Part shown: piece after piece, positions 15,125 to 28,013 of the stretch
Numbering within the stretch: position 1 is the stretch's first letter
Layout of the letters: each line of letters starts with the position of its first letter
Assembly: GCF_964355755.1 (NCBI RefSeq)
Contig: NC_092671.1
Coordinates: forward strand, 16,864,001-16,928,000
Reading direction: 5' to 3'
DNA length: 64,000 nt
From: Antedon mediterranea
Lineage: Eukaryota; Animalia; Echinodermata
Program-made: the position numbers and the translations under genes
Notes under the pieces: model-generated
What the model was told of the DNA's origin: nothing
The model's input: only the letters and a program-made list of their open reading frames with translations
Databases searched by the model: none

Positions 15125-16010
15125 GGTCTCAATAGCAAAATTATTGGACACTAAAATAATGAAATCAGGGAGGTTTCGAGCGACAACATAGGAAGTAATT
15201 ACGTCATGATAATTCATTGTGCGCATTCAAAATGCAAATGTTTAAATTGACAAAACTTAGGAAGTTTGAATGAAGTAGTTGCATTTATGCAATCTATTTT
15301 AGGAGTGTATGTGGTAAACATGGACAAAACCAGCCTAGAACTGGGACCTACTCTGGAAATAGTTGCAAAACACCTCTACCTCCAAAAAATCAACCTTGCC
15401 TATCAGATCTTTATAATTATGCTGCATAAGAAAATGCCATAAAAGGTTGTATTCTGTTTAAAACATTTTTTAATACTTGAAAGAATAAGTTAAAAATGAA
15501 AATAATTGTATGAATATATTGTTATGTATGTTTGTATCTGCTTTTATTCAAATTCATCTAGGCATTTTTTTGTTGTACACTACACTATATCGCCTTTTTG
15601 TTAGCTTTGTAAAATGCTTTATTTTTTCTGACTGGCCAATCCCCGGCGACTTAAAGGGACTTTTTTCTTTTTATTAGATAGTTTTATTAGATTCAATCAT
15701 TCAAATTTAATGCTTGTAAATATTTTGTTATAGCAAAATTTATAAAATGAAATTCTTTAAAGTCTTAATTTTGTTATAAATTTAGGGACATTTATATTTA
15801 ATGAGGAAGGGGGTATTGCAATTTATGTTAAGTTGTTTAATATTGCTACGGATGTGTGTGTGTTCTCTTTGTCATTGTAAGTTTTGATTTTATTTCAAGA
15901 ACGTTACAGGGTACCTTTAAGTCCTAACTAAAAATTGTTATTTACTAAACATTCTTGCCAACTAATTAATGCACATTAAGGGAATATGGCTGATAATTAG
16001 TTTCATGAAT

Positions 16011-16205
16011 AATAAAGTTTGGTTCCCACTAGATACGCAACCTACGCAACGTAAGAAAATGCCCTTCCAATAATTGTGTTTGCCCTCGTCTGCGTGAAAT
16101 CACACCATGCTTGCAGCAATTTTGTGACGTCGGTTCCCACTTGTGATTACGCAATACAGCACTTTGCGTCAATACATTGCGTTCTAGTGGGAACCAAGAT
16201 TTATT
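16011..16205. mobile_element. MITE (~190 bp), PIF/Harbinger-like
   Basis: TIRs TGGTTCCCACTAGA(T)ACGCAA and TTGCGTTCTAGTGGGAACCA in TAA/TTA-rich flanks. Confidence 0.75.
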
Positions 16206-16358
16206 AGTTAAAACCCTATATGCATATTTGAATATTTCATTACAATAACAATAATTGGTATACTTATTTTGATTGATCAGTTTGGTACATTGTTATGAAT
16301 GGTAAATTTTGAATTTACTGTATTATTATTATTTATTTTAAATTGATTAAAATGTTAA

Positions 16359-16721
16359 AGATGTATTGTTCCTTTGACTACTGTAATTCCAAAAAAAAAA
16401 AAAAGATTTCCAAAAAAAGTCTGTCATTTTAAAGTATCATAATGGTTTTTGAATTTCACCAAAAATTAGTGAGAAAAAAAATTCATTTAACTGAAATACA
16501 GACGTTTTTTTGTTCAAAAAATAACCTTGACTTCCAGTCAAAGTTTTTGATCAAAACATATCTCATAATGCAACGCGCTTGTTTGGCTACTCTGTAAACT
16601 TGTTGTTTTTGGCTCGAATTTTCAACTTAAAGAGAATAACTTTAATATTACTTTTATATGGCCAATTTAAATTTAGAATATTTTGACGTTCATTTTTTGT
16701 GTTTTAAGGAACAATACATCT
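16359..16721. mobile_element. Non-autonomous DNA transposon with TTAA target duplication (Kolobok-like)
   Basis: TTAA|AGATGTATTGTTCCT ... AGGAACAATACATCT|TTAA: perfect 15-bp TIR with TTAA on both sides. Confidence 0.8.
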
Positions 16722-17613
16722 TTAATAATTTAATCATAGATTAATTTATGCATTTATTACAGTAGTGCTTGTATATTATAGGCACACATACTGTATCAAC
16801 TATCTCAGCTTCTAAGACTAAAAACAGTAAAGTTTTTAGCAGGAATTTTGAGAAAGCACTTTTATAATATAGAATTATTTTATAATCTGGTGATGGGTGA
16901 TTTGATTAAGAAAATAAACCAGTAATTATTACTATATATTATGATACATGTACTGTAATATATAAATTACATTAGTACAACAGAGAAGTTCTTTTTGCAG
17001 AACACGATCTAAAATATTCTATGCATGTTATTTTTTTACAAGAAAGTTTCCAAATAATCTCATAAATACAGTATGTATTCAGTCTTTCTTATATATCGGA
17101 CATGCAATGAAATAAACAAAACCTAAATTAAATTGTTTTAGCTGTTTATTCTTCCTTTTTTTAAATTTAGCAATTCACAATTATTTTGAAGGGCAATACC
17201 CTTTTCACATCTGCATAAATTGTTACAACTTGTAACCAGGTTTGATCTCCAGAAAAATCATATTTGCTTACTATTTGATTACTATGATTGGTCAGTTTAA
17301 TACCAGGGCAATACACTTTTGGAAAAATTGTCTTCACACTATGCAAACCTACTTTTTGCCGGTGCTAAAAGGGTATAACATTTTTCTTTCACATTCTCGA
17401 TTCCGTCTAAAACTGTCAGACCTCTGAATGTATTAAGTTTTGCAATTGAATTTATTTTCAGTATTCACTACTTCAACCCATAGTTCTGGATGTATGTGAT
17501 CAACTGGGAAAAAACCATAAAAAAGACACTATAATGCTTTAAAGTTAAATTCAATTTATTACAGATCTGGTTTTAAAACTGATCACACACATTATAAATT
17601 CAATATCTCATTT

Positions 17614-17792
17614 TAAGGGTCTTTCATAGCTGTTCCGGCATGGGTCCAGTTCGGCGCCGGCAATTCAAATCAAATGTTTTCATTTTTCATGCAGCTATGC
17701 GCCAATCATTATGTGCGTAGCCGCATGAAAAAAAAATTAAGTTTGATTCGATTTTCCAGAACTGTGTCAGAACAGGTGTGAAAGGCACTTTA
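17614..17792. mobile_element. Palindromic MITE just downstream of the TRMT10B stop
   Basis: AAGGGTCTTTCATAGCTGTTCCGGCA pairs imperfectly with TGTCAGAACAGGTGTGAAAGGCACTT; inner arms TTTTTCATGCAGCTATGC and GCGTAGCCGCATGAAAAA. Confidence 0.65.
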
Positions 17793-17835
17793 TGCATTGA
17801 TTTTTTAAATACTGTTCAGCAAATATGTGTCCCAT

Positions 17836-20800
17836 TCAACCATCAGGTTTACATTTAGGAACAAACCCTTTTCTCTGCGGAACACCAGCTACCAACGCTT
17901 CGCACCAGCTATCGCCATTGTAAACATTAAGAAGAATTTCAAATACTGGAAATCAAAATTGATAATTCATGTTACTGAATAAAAAATTGATAAAGCTCTC
18001 TCAAAACCGGACTCAAATAAAGCAAAAACTCAAAAGGAGAATATTACACTTGAAATACAAAACTTTCCAAAAATGTTAAGAGTTTGACTGCATTTAAAAA
18101 ACTTAATTCTTATTTATAGTATAGTACTTACCTTGATTGACAGCTAATATTTTGTTATGTGAGCTATTAGGGAGCCGCTGCATGTACTCATCTATTGGTA
18201 GTCGTGCTGTTGCTAGGTTACATTGTTTTGCATTATTCAATGTATGTTGTTTGATTGGATTCTCATCAACCAATCCACCAATCACATACACTTTACTTTC
18301 ATCAAGAGTATCTAGAACTGTGAGAAGTAAAAGATAAAATAAATATGATTTTTACTGTAATCAGACAATTAATGTAAATCTCGAAAAATGTGGGATTCTT
18401 CTGGTACAGTTATGAGATCCATGGAGGTACAAATTTATACTATTAAAAGCCTATATCTTGTTATTCTAAGGGCATGTGGCGCAGAATGTTGGACGTTGGA
18501 CTACTGATCGTGAGATTGTAGGTTTGAATCCAATGCTCGTAGCATTGCTTGTATCCTTAGGCAAGGCACTTACGTTTGCCTCTCTCCGCCCAATTATATA
18601 AATGGATACGTAGATACAAATACAACTGCGATGATTACTGGTTGCAACCTTATGTCGTGAGGTGGTTTCCCGAATGATCGTAAAATCAAAACGGTACTGG
18701 GTATGACCAACTAGCGTTCTTGTCACCAACTAGTCATCCATTCATAGAAGTACTGATGTAGTAGCCTATCTGTACGGTGACCATAGAATGTGACCCCGAG
18801 ACATGACTAACTACGACTTTTAGATGATAGAAAGTTGAGAAAATTTGTTACGAGTAGTTGTACGATATGAGGATGGTTTATGAAAATATGTTAAAGATGT
18901 AAAACATACTACACTAGGCACATAAACAGTAATGTTTGTTAGTATAAACAATTTTACGTTAATTAAGAAATAAGGAAGAAAAGCAAAGAGATTATGGAGC
19001 GGCTGTACCAGAATATACAATACAAGTATTGTAAGGTTAAAATACTAGAAATTTAGGCGATCTTGTCAAAGGTCAAGCGCCTTCAGCCTGCCACGTTTCG
19101 ATATTCAATATTGAACTTGAACTATGTTTCCAGACGTATTTGATAAAAAAACGGGGGTAATAATGTGAAGCACTTAGCTTTTTGCATTACAGCAGGTGCT
19201 AAATAAGAACGATGTATTATTATAATACTTTCAAATTATAAATGGAGCATACAGATTATTATTCTTTATGGCACTATCAACATCAACATCTCTTCCCTCA
19301 TCATTCTTATCATATTTGCTCTCAATATTAGTGTACCTTTGTCAGAATCTGGACTGAGGTAAACAACTTCCTCCACTGAAAACATCTCTAATAGTGATGT
19401 GTCACTTCTTTCAATCTATAAAATAAAAACAAAAAAATATCTACATTACAATTTCTATAAACCATAAAAATTATGTCATATATAGTTTTCTAGATTTTAT
19501 ATTATATTTAAATGGATAAAGATGAAAAAAAGCTGCCCCAACCAAGATTCATACTCAGAATCCCTTTTTACAGCGAACTCCTCTGTCTACGTTAAAGAGT
19601 TAACAATACAAGGTAAGTATATACAATTAATATAAGTTGCATTAATTGATTATAATTACGAGAATTTATTACCGTGCCAGGAATACACTAACTTCAGAGG
19701 CTTTCTCTTTATCAGGGATTCCACATTGAACAAAAAAATGTTGTCCATAGTTATATAGTTAGGTGATGTTTACCGGCAGAAAAAGTATGATCATTTTACT
19801 GATTGATAAGATAGTGCCCTATGGTAGTGTAATTTCCAGCCAACTAGGGATGTCATTTAATTCATGAATTATACATGCGCAAGTACCATTTTCAGCCATC
19901 TAAGCCTCCACCATAAAAATATATATATAGTTTTATATATTCTACTTTGAAAGGATAAAGAATGGGAAATCTGAGAGTGAGAGAAAGCTGCCCAAAAGAT
20001 TTGAATTCGGAACCTTCTGTTTGGTCTGCATATATCCCAACCATTAGACCACAGTCGCCATATTCACCAATCACACTTAAGTTTAGACATTTCCCTTAAA
20101 TCATAAGAATTTCCCTTAAATCAAGAAAAAATTAGTGAAGCTTGATATCATTTTATATAGATATCCAAATGCTATATGTACTTACCAAGTAATTGTTAAA
20201 TCCTTCATTTTTTTGGACACAGGCTTTATAAATATCACTATCAGGTGCTAAGTTTGCTAGCATTAAATGCACAGGTTTTCCTGCTTTCTTATTTGCACCA
20301 TATACCCGGCCAACCTGTTGTGCTAGTTTACCAATTTCCTATTCCAAAAAAAAAATTAAATTTTGAATTTCAATCTGTGTTTCCAGAATACAACATAATA
20401 TACATGAATTTGCAAAGAAATTTACTAGATATGGTTTTGACAAATAATACTGGGTTTTGATACTTTATGTGAAAACATGCTTATATAAAGAACTATTTTT
20501 TATTTATAACTGTTATATTTGTAACAATTAAAATCTTCCTGTTTGGGTGCATGCATGTTATTTTCTTGAAATGAAATGCATCATTGCTAAATTATTGTAC
20601 ATGAAATTTTTCTTCTTTTTGGTTAATATTTATAATGTTATAAAAGACTGTAATGACATGGTGTGACTTCCCGTGTTTGTGGCCATTGGTTGGCCTTAAT
20701 GGAAGTCTTCCTGATCCAATCTTAAGTATTATTGATATTTGTTTGTATTGGATCAAATAAACATTCTTCTTCCATTAAAATATAAATACAGTACAGTATA

Positions 20801-22526
20801 CTGAAAATGATCTTATCCTATAATAAGAATTATTTAAAAATATTACAAGCACAATTTAGAAACAATTGAAACTAACATATTTTATTCATATCTGAGTTAG
20901 GTTTCAACTGATCTAAATGTTTGCTCACCTTTGAACTCATTACACTTGACATGCTAAGGTCAATGCAGACTCTCTGTCCACCAACCAAAGCATCTTTCAG
21001 TTTTTTTCTCTTTTGTTGCAACTCTTCCTGTTTTGATAATCTCTGAACTGGTTCTTGGCCTATTAACAAATGTAAAGATCTATGAAAATGTGGCAATAAC
21101 ACATTTGCACAGCACTACCACCCCAGCTACAATGCACCAACATTATTTCAACTACTGACAAAACTACTAACGTCACTGTAGCAACTATCAACGTCACTGT
21201 AGCAACTATCAACGTCACTGCAGCAACTATCAACGTCACTGCAGCAACTATCAACGTCACTGCAGCAACTTTCAACATCTCTGCAGCAACTATCAACATC
21301 ACTGCAGCAACTATCAACGTCACTGCAGCAATATCAACGTCACTGCAGCAACTATCAACGTCACTGCAGCAACTTTCAACATCTCTGCAGCAACTATCAA
21401 CATCACTGCAGCAACTATCAACATCACTGCAGCAACTATCAACATCACTGCAGCAACTATCAACATCACTGCAGTAACTATCAACATCACTGCAGCAACT
21501 ATCAACATCACTGCAGCAACAAAAAACACTGCCATTTAACTCACCTACCTTCAGTTTTCCTTAACTGCCGTAACCGTTCTCTCCTAGCTTTTCTTTTCTC
21601 AGCACGCACAGCCTGTTTTCGCAAGAGGTACTGTTTGTGATTTTCTTCCCTTTTAAGATATTTCTTCTATAAATTGCAAAAACTTTCATAATAAAATAAC
21701 TTTATATCAAACTAAAAGGTAAATATTAAGGCTTGGATTAGTTTATACAATTATAGAATATTGAATAGAATTACGTAGAATGAGATAGAATAATCCCATC
21801 TTTTATTTATCGTGAAATTTTACACAAATCAAACCACAAAGCAAATTCTATTAAACCTCCTTCAATTAATAATTAAATAAAATATTTACAAACATTTTGG
21901 TATCAAAGTCTTCAGTTATTTCAACCTCACAATTCCACTCACCGATTTTGAGACAGTTCGTGAACTTGCCTCTTCTTCTTCCTAGTTTTAAGATGGAAAA
22001 AACAAGGTAATAACATATTGCGGTGGTCCGCTTTGTTTCCTTGTTGTTCCTTTTTTATTTTCAGTATATGTGTGCATAAACTGACTTAAAAGATTACTCT
22101 AGAAATCCAAAGCTTTCCATGGATCTCGTCCGGGTCCCTAGATGGCCCACTGGCCCCACCGGCCTATTGTTGCTCTCAAAGATTGCAAAACTACTCCATT
22201 ACTACTTGACTTTAGTGCTGGCTGCGTACCTAGAACTAGACACTGGTTTTATTATTAACAACAAAAAATAAACTAGAATGTGATTTATGAATATTATGAC
22301 GGAATCGCATTCATTGTTGATAATGAATTATAATTGTTGATGCATGAAATTAATAGCCTAACTTAACAAAGCCTAGTCTAAGCATGGAGGTATAAATACC
22401 TCCATGGTCTAAGTTAGTCGGTCAGCGAACTGGTTGGTCAGCGAAACTCACCTCTCCTTGTTTTCTTGAAACCTCATGATCCTGCAGGTCATGGTGCTGC
22501 TGGGTGTTTTTATTGTTTACACTCAT
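17836..22526 (-). CDS. TRMT10B: tRNA m1R9 methyltransferase 10 homolog B-like (SPOUT), 8 coding exons, 296 aa
   Basis: Minus-strand exons 22526-22452, 21981-21943, 21666-21549, 21059-20929, 20338-20186, 19415-19337, 18317-18132, 17945-17836; all GT-AG, in phase, total 891 nt. Motifs RVCIDLSM, KLAQQVGRVYGANKKA, VVYLSPDS, VYVIGGLVDE, TARLPIDEYM, ILAVNQVFEIL, W.EAL..GV...KG match Trm10, best the B paralog. Confidence 0.93.
18469..18820 (+). mobile_element. tRNA-derived SINE with CORE-like central motif, in a TRMT10B intron
   Basis: A-box TGGCGCAGAATG, B-box GGTTTGAATCC, then TGTATCCTTAGGCAAGGCACTTA. The 3' boundary is approximate. Confidence 0.65.
19900..20065 (-). mobile_element. Degenerate tRNA-derived SINE
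   Basis: Minus strand reads GGCGACTGTGGTCTAATGGTT...GAAGGTTCCGAATTCAAATC; similar to 2881-3030. Confidence 0.45.
21165..21520. repeat. 21-bp minisatellite, ~17 copies, filling most of a TRMT10B intron
   Basis: Unit AAC(G/A)TCACTGCAGCAACTATC inside intron 21060-21548. Confidence 0.95.
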
Positions 22527-24173
22527 TCTCTAAAAAAGTAATAGGCCACCAAGGGCAAGGCTATTAATAAGTTAATTATGAATATTTTCTAACCTTAAAT
22601 AGCCTAGAAACACAGTCATTCTACCTACACAGGTTCGGTACTGTAAGCTTGTAGGGGAACGATTTGCTCCAAAAAGTGGGCCGAATCGTCCAGAATTCAT
22701 TATCGAAAGCTTATTAGGATTGGCGGGTGGAGGCTCTAGGCCTAGGCCTAGGCCTAGTAGGCCTAGGCCTATTAATTAGGCTAGGTTAGTATTATTAAAT
22801 ATTAATACATTAAGTCTAGGCCTAGGCCTAGCTTAACTTTAGTTTAAGGCTAGCCTAAGCGCATTCTAGTTAGGTCTACTTTCTGCTTCTTAAACCTTGA
22901 TCATTAAACTTACAAGGCCCGTATTTATAAATAAAGGCCCAGACCTAGCCAATACAGTCGGACTAGAGAGGCTGCTTCGCTAGTGTTTTTTTTTAATCAT
23001 CACATGTCAAATTTTACCACACCGCCCTCATATCAAGTTTATATAATAAACACATGTCGTATTTTTGGAATTTTATTAGTGTGTTACACAAGTTTGTTGA
23101 AAATTTAGGCCTATTACTAATAATTAATAAAGATTCCTAATAAAGACAGTTGAAATAGTAAATTTTCATTATTTTATACTAAAATTCTCAGGGATATTTT
23201 TAAAACGCAAGCACAACTAAATAATAAACAATAATACAATTTTTATTTTAAAACGGAGACTTGTCACAACAACAAAATGTGTTCTTCCATGAGGCCGTAT
23301 GAAACTACAATATCACAATTACCAAACTGATGAACAAACAAGAAAATTATACATTGAAAGGAGAAAAAAGTATATGTATATTAGTGGAGTAGTAGACAAA
23401 ATTTAAACAGAAATGCTAACAATTATAAAACTCACTACAACAAAACAGGCTTTTGAAATTATTATTATTTGTGTTTTATATCAATTTCGATCCAAATTTT
23501 GGCTTCTACGGAAAGAAAAACTTCTCTTTTTATATTCTGTATTTGGCTTTACTAGATTTTTAGATCTTGTATCATGTGAGGATTTTCCATTGACGTGATT
23601 GTTGGTCACAGTATGCAAGTAACCGACTGTTGGCGCAATTGTCCGCTGTCAAGGGTTTATACAAAGATAGTGACATATTGGAAGACCTCACATGTTGTGA
23701 AATGATCAAAATATCTATTTAGTTTTAATATATTTTGATTAGTGATGTTCACGCAATACGAAAAAAGGAAAAATTTTAATAATAAAGTTATTAAGTTATC
23801 TGTGCTTCTAAATAGACGCAGAATCAAGTTACACTTTTTAATAAAGTGATATGAATGACATTGTTTGTCGTATATTTGTGATATGTTGGAAGTAAATATT
23901 GTTGTGATGATATAGAGCTACTAATTGGCTACTGTGTTGTAGCCCTCTTCTTTTTAAGATGCATCAACTTCTCGCATTTTTTTTTATCAAGTTATTACTT
24001 TTTGATCGAAACGTCGAGTAACTCCTTCAGAACAACAAAGTGGTGTATACTGCAAACTCTACAGTATATTAACGTTGCTTTTTTAATGTTTTAGGTTTGT
24101 TTAATACATTAAGTTTGTCAGTGTAGATTGGCATAAAGAATCATAAAAATATTTGTTTAAACCAACAATGAAA

Positions 24174-24746
24174 ATACCGCACTCCGGCAGTTAGAAGGGG
24201 GTTACTATTAGAGTAGTGGGTTACTATTACTAATCTTAAATTAGGCACCTGAAAATAGTAACCCACCCCAACTTTTCTGGTCAACAACTCATAGCAAAAT
24301 AATAAAAAGAGGAGTGGGTTATTATAGATTGACTTATAAGATGGGTTACTATTAGAGTAGTAAGTTACTATTAGAGTAGTAAGTTACTATTACTAATCTT
24401 AAATTAGGCACCTGAAAATAGTAACCCACCCCAACTTTTCTGGTCAACAACTCATAGCAAAATAATAAAAAGAGGAGTGGGTTATTATAGATTGACTTAT
24501 AAGATGGGTTACTATTAGAGTAGTAAGTTACTATTACTAATCTTAAATTAGGCACCTGAAAATAGTAATCCATCCCAACTTTTCCGGTCAGCAACTCATA
24601 GCAAAATAATAAAAAGAGGAGTGGGTTATTATAGATTGACTAATAAGGTGGGTTAATATTAGAAGGGGGTTACTATTAGAGTATGGGTTACTATTAGAAG
24701 GGGGTTACTATTAGAGTATGGGTTACTATTAGAAGATTTACGGTAT
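24174..24746. mobile_element. MITE-like element built from ~3 x 145-160 bp repeats and 17-18 bp subrepeats
   Basis: Ends ATACCG...CGGTAT. Three copies of TAATCTTAAATTAGGCACCTGAAAATAGTAA...TTATAGATTGAC and many GGGTTACTATTAGA subunits. Confidence 0.6.
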
Positions 24747-25204
24747 GTTCATTTTATAAGTTTAATTAGTCCAGTCTATAGTTTTATTTCTTCTTAAGGA
24801 TAAGCATATTTGTTCCTTTTTGCCATTTAAATTTGTTCTTTTATGTTTAAAGTGTAAGATAAATTGTAATTTTTAACTTTTATATCCTATACCAATTTTT
24901 TAAAAGATTTCTAATGTTGTAATTTGTATGTTCTTTTTATCAGTTCCTTGTATTTAGGACCCACGTGGAAATATGTTTTTAAATTTTTTGGCATCCCTTG
25001 TGATCAAGGCCTGTTTATCCGTGCAATTGTTTTTCTATTTTCTATGTATTATTATTATTGTTTTTTAACCTTGATTACCATGATAAAAAATTTTAAAAAA
25101 AATCAATCAATTTGTTAATGATTTTGATTTGTAGGCCTATTCTGTATTAGAAACATACTCCACACATATTCTTATCAATTCCCGTTATTTTTCTCATTAG
25201 AATA

Positions 25205-28013
25205 ATGTTTTGGATTTATCAAGTGTGTATTGGTATAATGGTTATACATCAATTTGAAAACGTCGAGTCAACATTAAGAAAAAAATAACGTGAAAACACT
25301 CAATATAAAAGAACGGAAATGCGTTCGGTATCCAAAACAGAGTTATACAAAAAATAGAACTGAAGCTTATGAAGAAATAATCACTGACTTTTATGTAACA
25401 TCAGTTAATAACGGGAGTTCTCTTGACACTGATGATTACAGCGCTGGAACACAAGTTGATGAAGAAATAACCAACTATGTAACATCAGTTAATAACGGGA
25501 GTTCTCTTTGCACTGATGATCACAGCGCTGGAACACAAGTTGATAAACAAATAACCAACTATGTAACATCAGTTAATAACGGGAGTTCTCTTCGCACTGA
25601 TGATCACAGCGCTGGAACACAAGTTGATAAACAAATAACCAACTATGTAACATCAGTTAATAACGGGAGTTCTCTTCGCACTGATGATCACAGCGCTGGA
25701 ACACAAGTTGATAAACAAATAACCAACTATGTAACATCAGTTAATAACGGGAACTCTCTTCACACTGATGATCACAGCGCTGGAACACAAGTTGATGAAA
25801 TAACCAACTATGTAACATCAGTTAATAACGGGAGATCTCTTCGCACTGATGATCACAGCGCTGGAACACAAGTTGATAAACAAATAACCAACTATGTAAC
25901 ATCAGTTAATAACGGGAGTTCTCTTCGCACTGATGATCACAGCGCTGGAACACAAGTTGATAAACAAATAACCAACTATGTAACATCAGTTAATAACGGG
26001 AGATCTCTTCGCACTGATGATCACAGCGCTGGAACACAAGTTGATAAACAAATAACCAACTATGTAACATCAGTTAATAACGGGAGATCTCTTCGCACTG
26101 ATGATCACAGCGCTGGAACACAAGTTGATAAACAAATAACCAACTATGTAACATCAGTTAATAACGGGAGATCTCTTCGCACTGATGATCACAGCGCTGG
26201 AACACAAGTTGATAAACAAATAACCAACTATGTAACATCAGTTAATAACGGGAGTTCTCTTCGCACTGATGATCACAGCGCTGGAACACAAGTTGATGAA
26301 ATAACCAACTATGTAACATCAGTTAATAACGGGAGATCTCTTCGCACTGATGATCACAGCGCTGGAACACAAGTTGATAAACAAATAACCAACTATGTAA
26401 CATCAGTTAATAACGGGAGTTCTCTTCGCACTGATGATCACAGCGCTGGAACACAAGTTGATGAAATAACCAACTATGTAACATCAGTTAATAACGGGAG
26501 TTCTCTACGCACTGATGATCACAGCGCTGGAACACAAGTTGATAAACAAATAACCAACTATGTAACATCAGTTAATAACGGGAGTTCTCTTCGCACTGAT
26601 GATCACAGCGCTGGAACACAAGTTGATGAAATAACCAACTATGTAACATCAGTTAATAACGGGAGATCTCTTCGCACTGATGATCACAGCGCTGGAACAC
26701 AAGTTGATAAACAAATAACCAACTATGTAACATCAGTTAATAACGGGAGTTCTCTTCGCACTGATGATCACAGCGCTGGAACACAAGTTGATGAAATAAC
26801 CAACTATGTAACATCAGTTAATAACGGGAGTTCTCTTCACACTGATGATCACAGCGCTGGAACACAAGTTGATGAAGAAATAACCAACTATGTAACATCA
26901 GTTAATAACGGGAGTTCTCTTCGCACTGATGATCACAGCGCTGGAACACAAGTTGATAAACAAATAACCAACTATGTAACATCAGTTAATAACGGGAGTT
27001 CTCTTCGCACTGATGATCACAGCGCTGGAACACAAGTTGATAAACAAATAACCAACTATGTAACATCAGTTAATAACGGGAGTTCTCTTCACACTGATGA
27101 TCACAGCGCTGGAACACAAGTTGATAAACAAATAACCAACTATGTAACATCAGTTAATAACGGGAGTTCTCTTCGCACTGATGATCACAGCGCTGGAACA
27201 CAAGTTGATAAACAAATAACCAACTATGTAACATCAGTTAATAACGGGAGTTCTCTTCGCACTGATGATCACAGCGCTGGAACACAAGTTGATAAACAAA
27301 TAACCAACTATGTAACATCAGTTAATAACGGGAGTTCTCTTCGCACTGATGATCACAGCGCTGGAACACAAGTTGATAAACAAATAACCAACTATGTAAC
27401 ATCAGTTAATAACGGGAGTTCTCTTCGCACTGATGATCACAGCGCTGGAACACAAGTTGATAAACAAATAACCAACTATGTAACATCAGTTAATAACGGG
27501 AGTTCTCTTCGCACTGATGATCACAGCGCTGAAACACAAGTTGATGAAATAACCAACTATGTAACATCAGTTAATAACGGGAACTCTCTTCACCTGATGA
27601 TCACAGCGCTGGAACACAAAGTTGATGAAGAATTAATAACCAACTATGTAACATCAGTTAATAACGGGAACTCTCTTCACACTCATGATCACAGCGCTGG
27701 AACACAAGTTGATGAAGAAATAACCAACTATGTAACATCAGTTAATAACGGGAGTTCTCTTCACACTGATGATCACAGCGCTGGAACACAAGTTGATGAA
27801 GAAATAACCAACTATGTAACATCAGTTAATAACGGGAGTTCTCTTCACACTGATGATCATAGCGCTGGAACACAAGTTAATGAAGAAATAACCAACTATG
27901 TAACATCAGTTAATAACGGGAGTTCTCTTCACACTGATGATCACAGCGCTGGAACACAAGTTGATAAAGAAATAACCAACTATGTAACATCAGTTAATAA
28001 CGGGAGTTCTCTT
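25205..28013 (+). pseudogene. Disrupted paralog of the 31983 LamG gene: signal peptide, +1 frameshift, amplified stalk, LamG domain absent
   Basis: ATG 25205 gives MFWIYQVCIGIMVIHQFENVESTLRK (31983 has MYRIYQVSVLFIGLMTVHLFRSDQVTLRK). A 7-A run (6 in the intact copy) creates TAA. The shifted frame continues NNVKTLNIKERKCVRYP (31983 has NNLKTTLKIKESTCFRYP). Confidence 0.8.
25378..28013 (+). repeat. In-frame tandem repeat, 84/81 bp (28/27 aa), ~32 copies
   Basis: Unit ITNYVTSVNNG(S/R/N)SL(R/H)TDDHSAGTQVD(KQ/E/EE); 32 VTSVNNG motifs counted in ORF 25290..29519. Confidence 0.97.

Noticed and set aside
13886-15226. ORFs 13886..14173 and 15011..15226
   Set aside because: Read-through of a non-coding 83/84-bp tandem repeat.
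18469-18545. Functional tRNA genes here and at ~2885, ~20050 and ~55330
   Set aside because: A/B boxes are present, but the cloverleaf stems are broken and the sequences run into SINE or TE bodies.
21063-21535. Hydrophobic ORFs (VAAVMLI)n
   Set aside because: These are translations of a 21-bp minisatellite inside a TRMT10B intron, broken by a frameshift.
25290-25292. ORF-track start codon of the 1409-aa ORF
   Set aside because: It is GTG in a eukaryotic context; the homologous true start is the out-of-frame ATG at 25205.
25510-25545. CTGATGA...GAAC in each 84-bp unit as a satellite hammerhead ribozyme
   Set aside because: It has GAAC rather than GAAA, and stems I and III cannot be formed; the motif is explained by the TDD codons.
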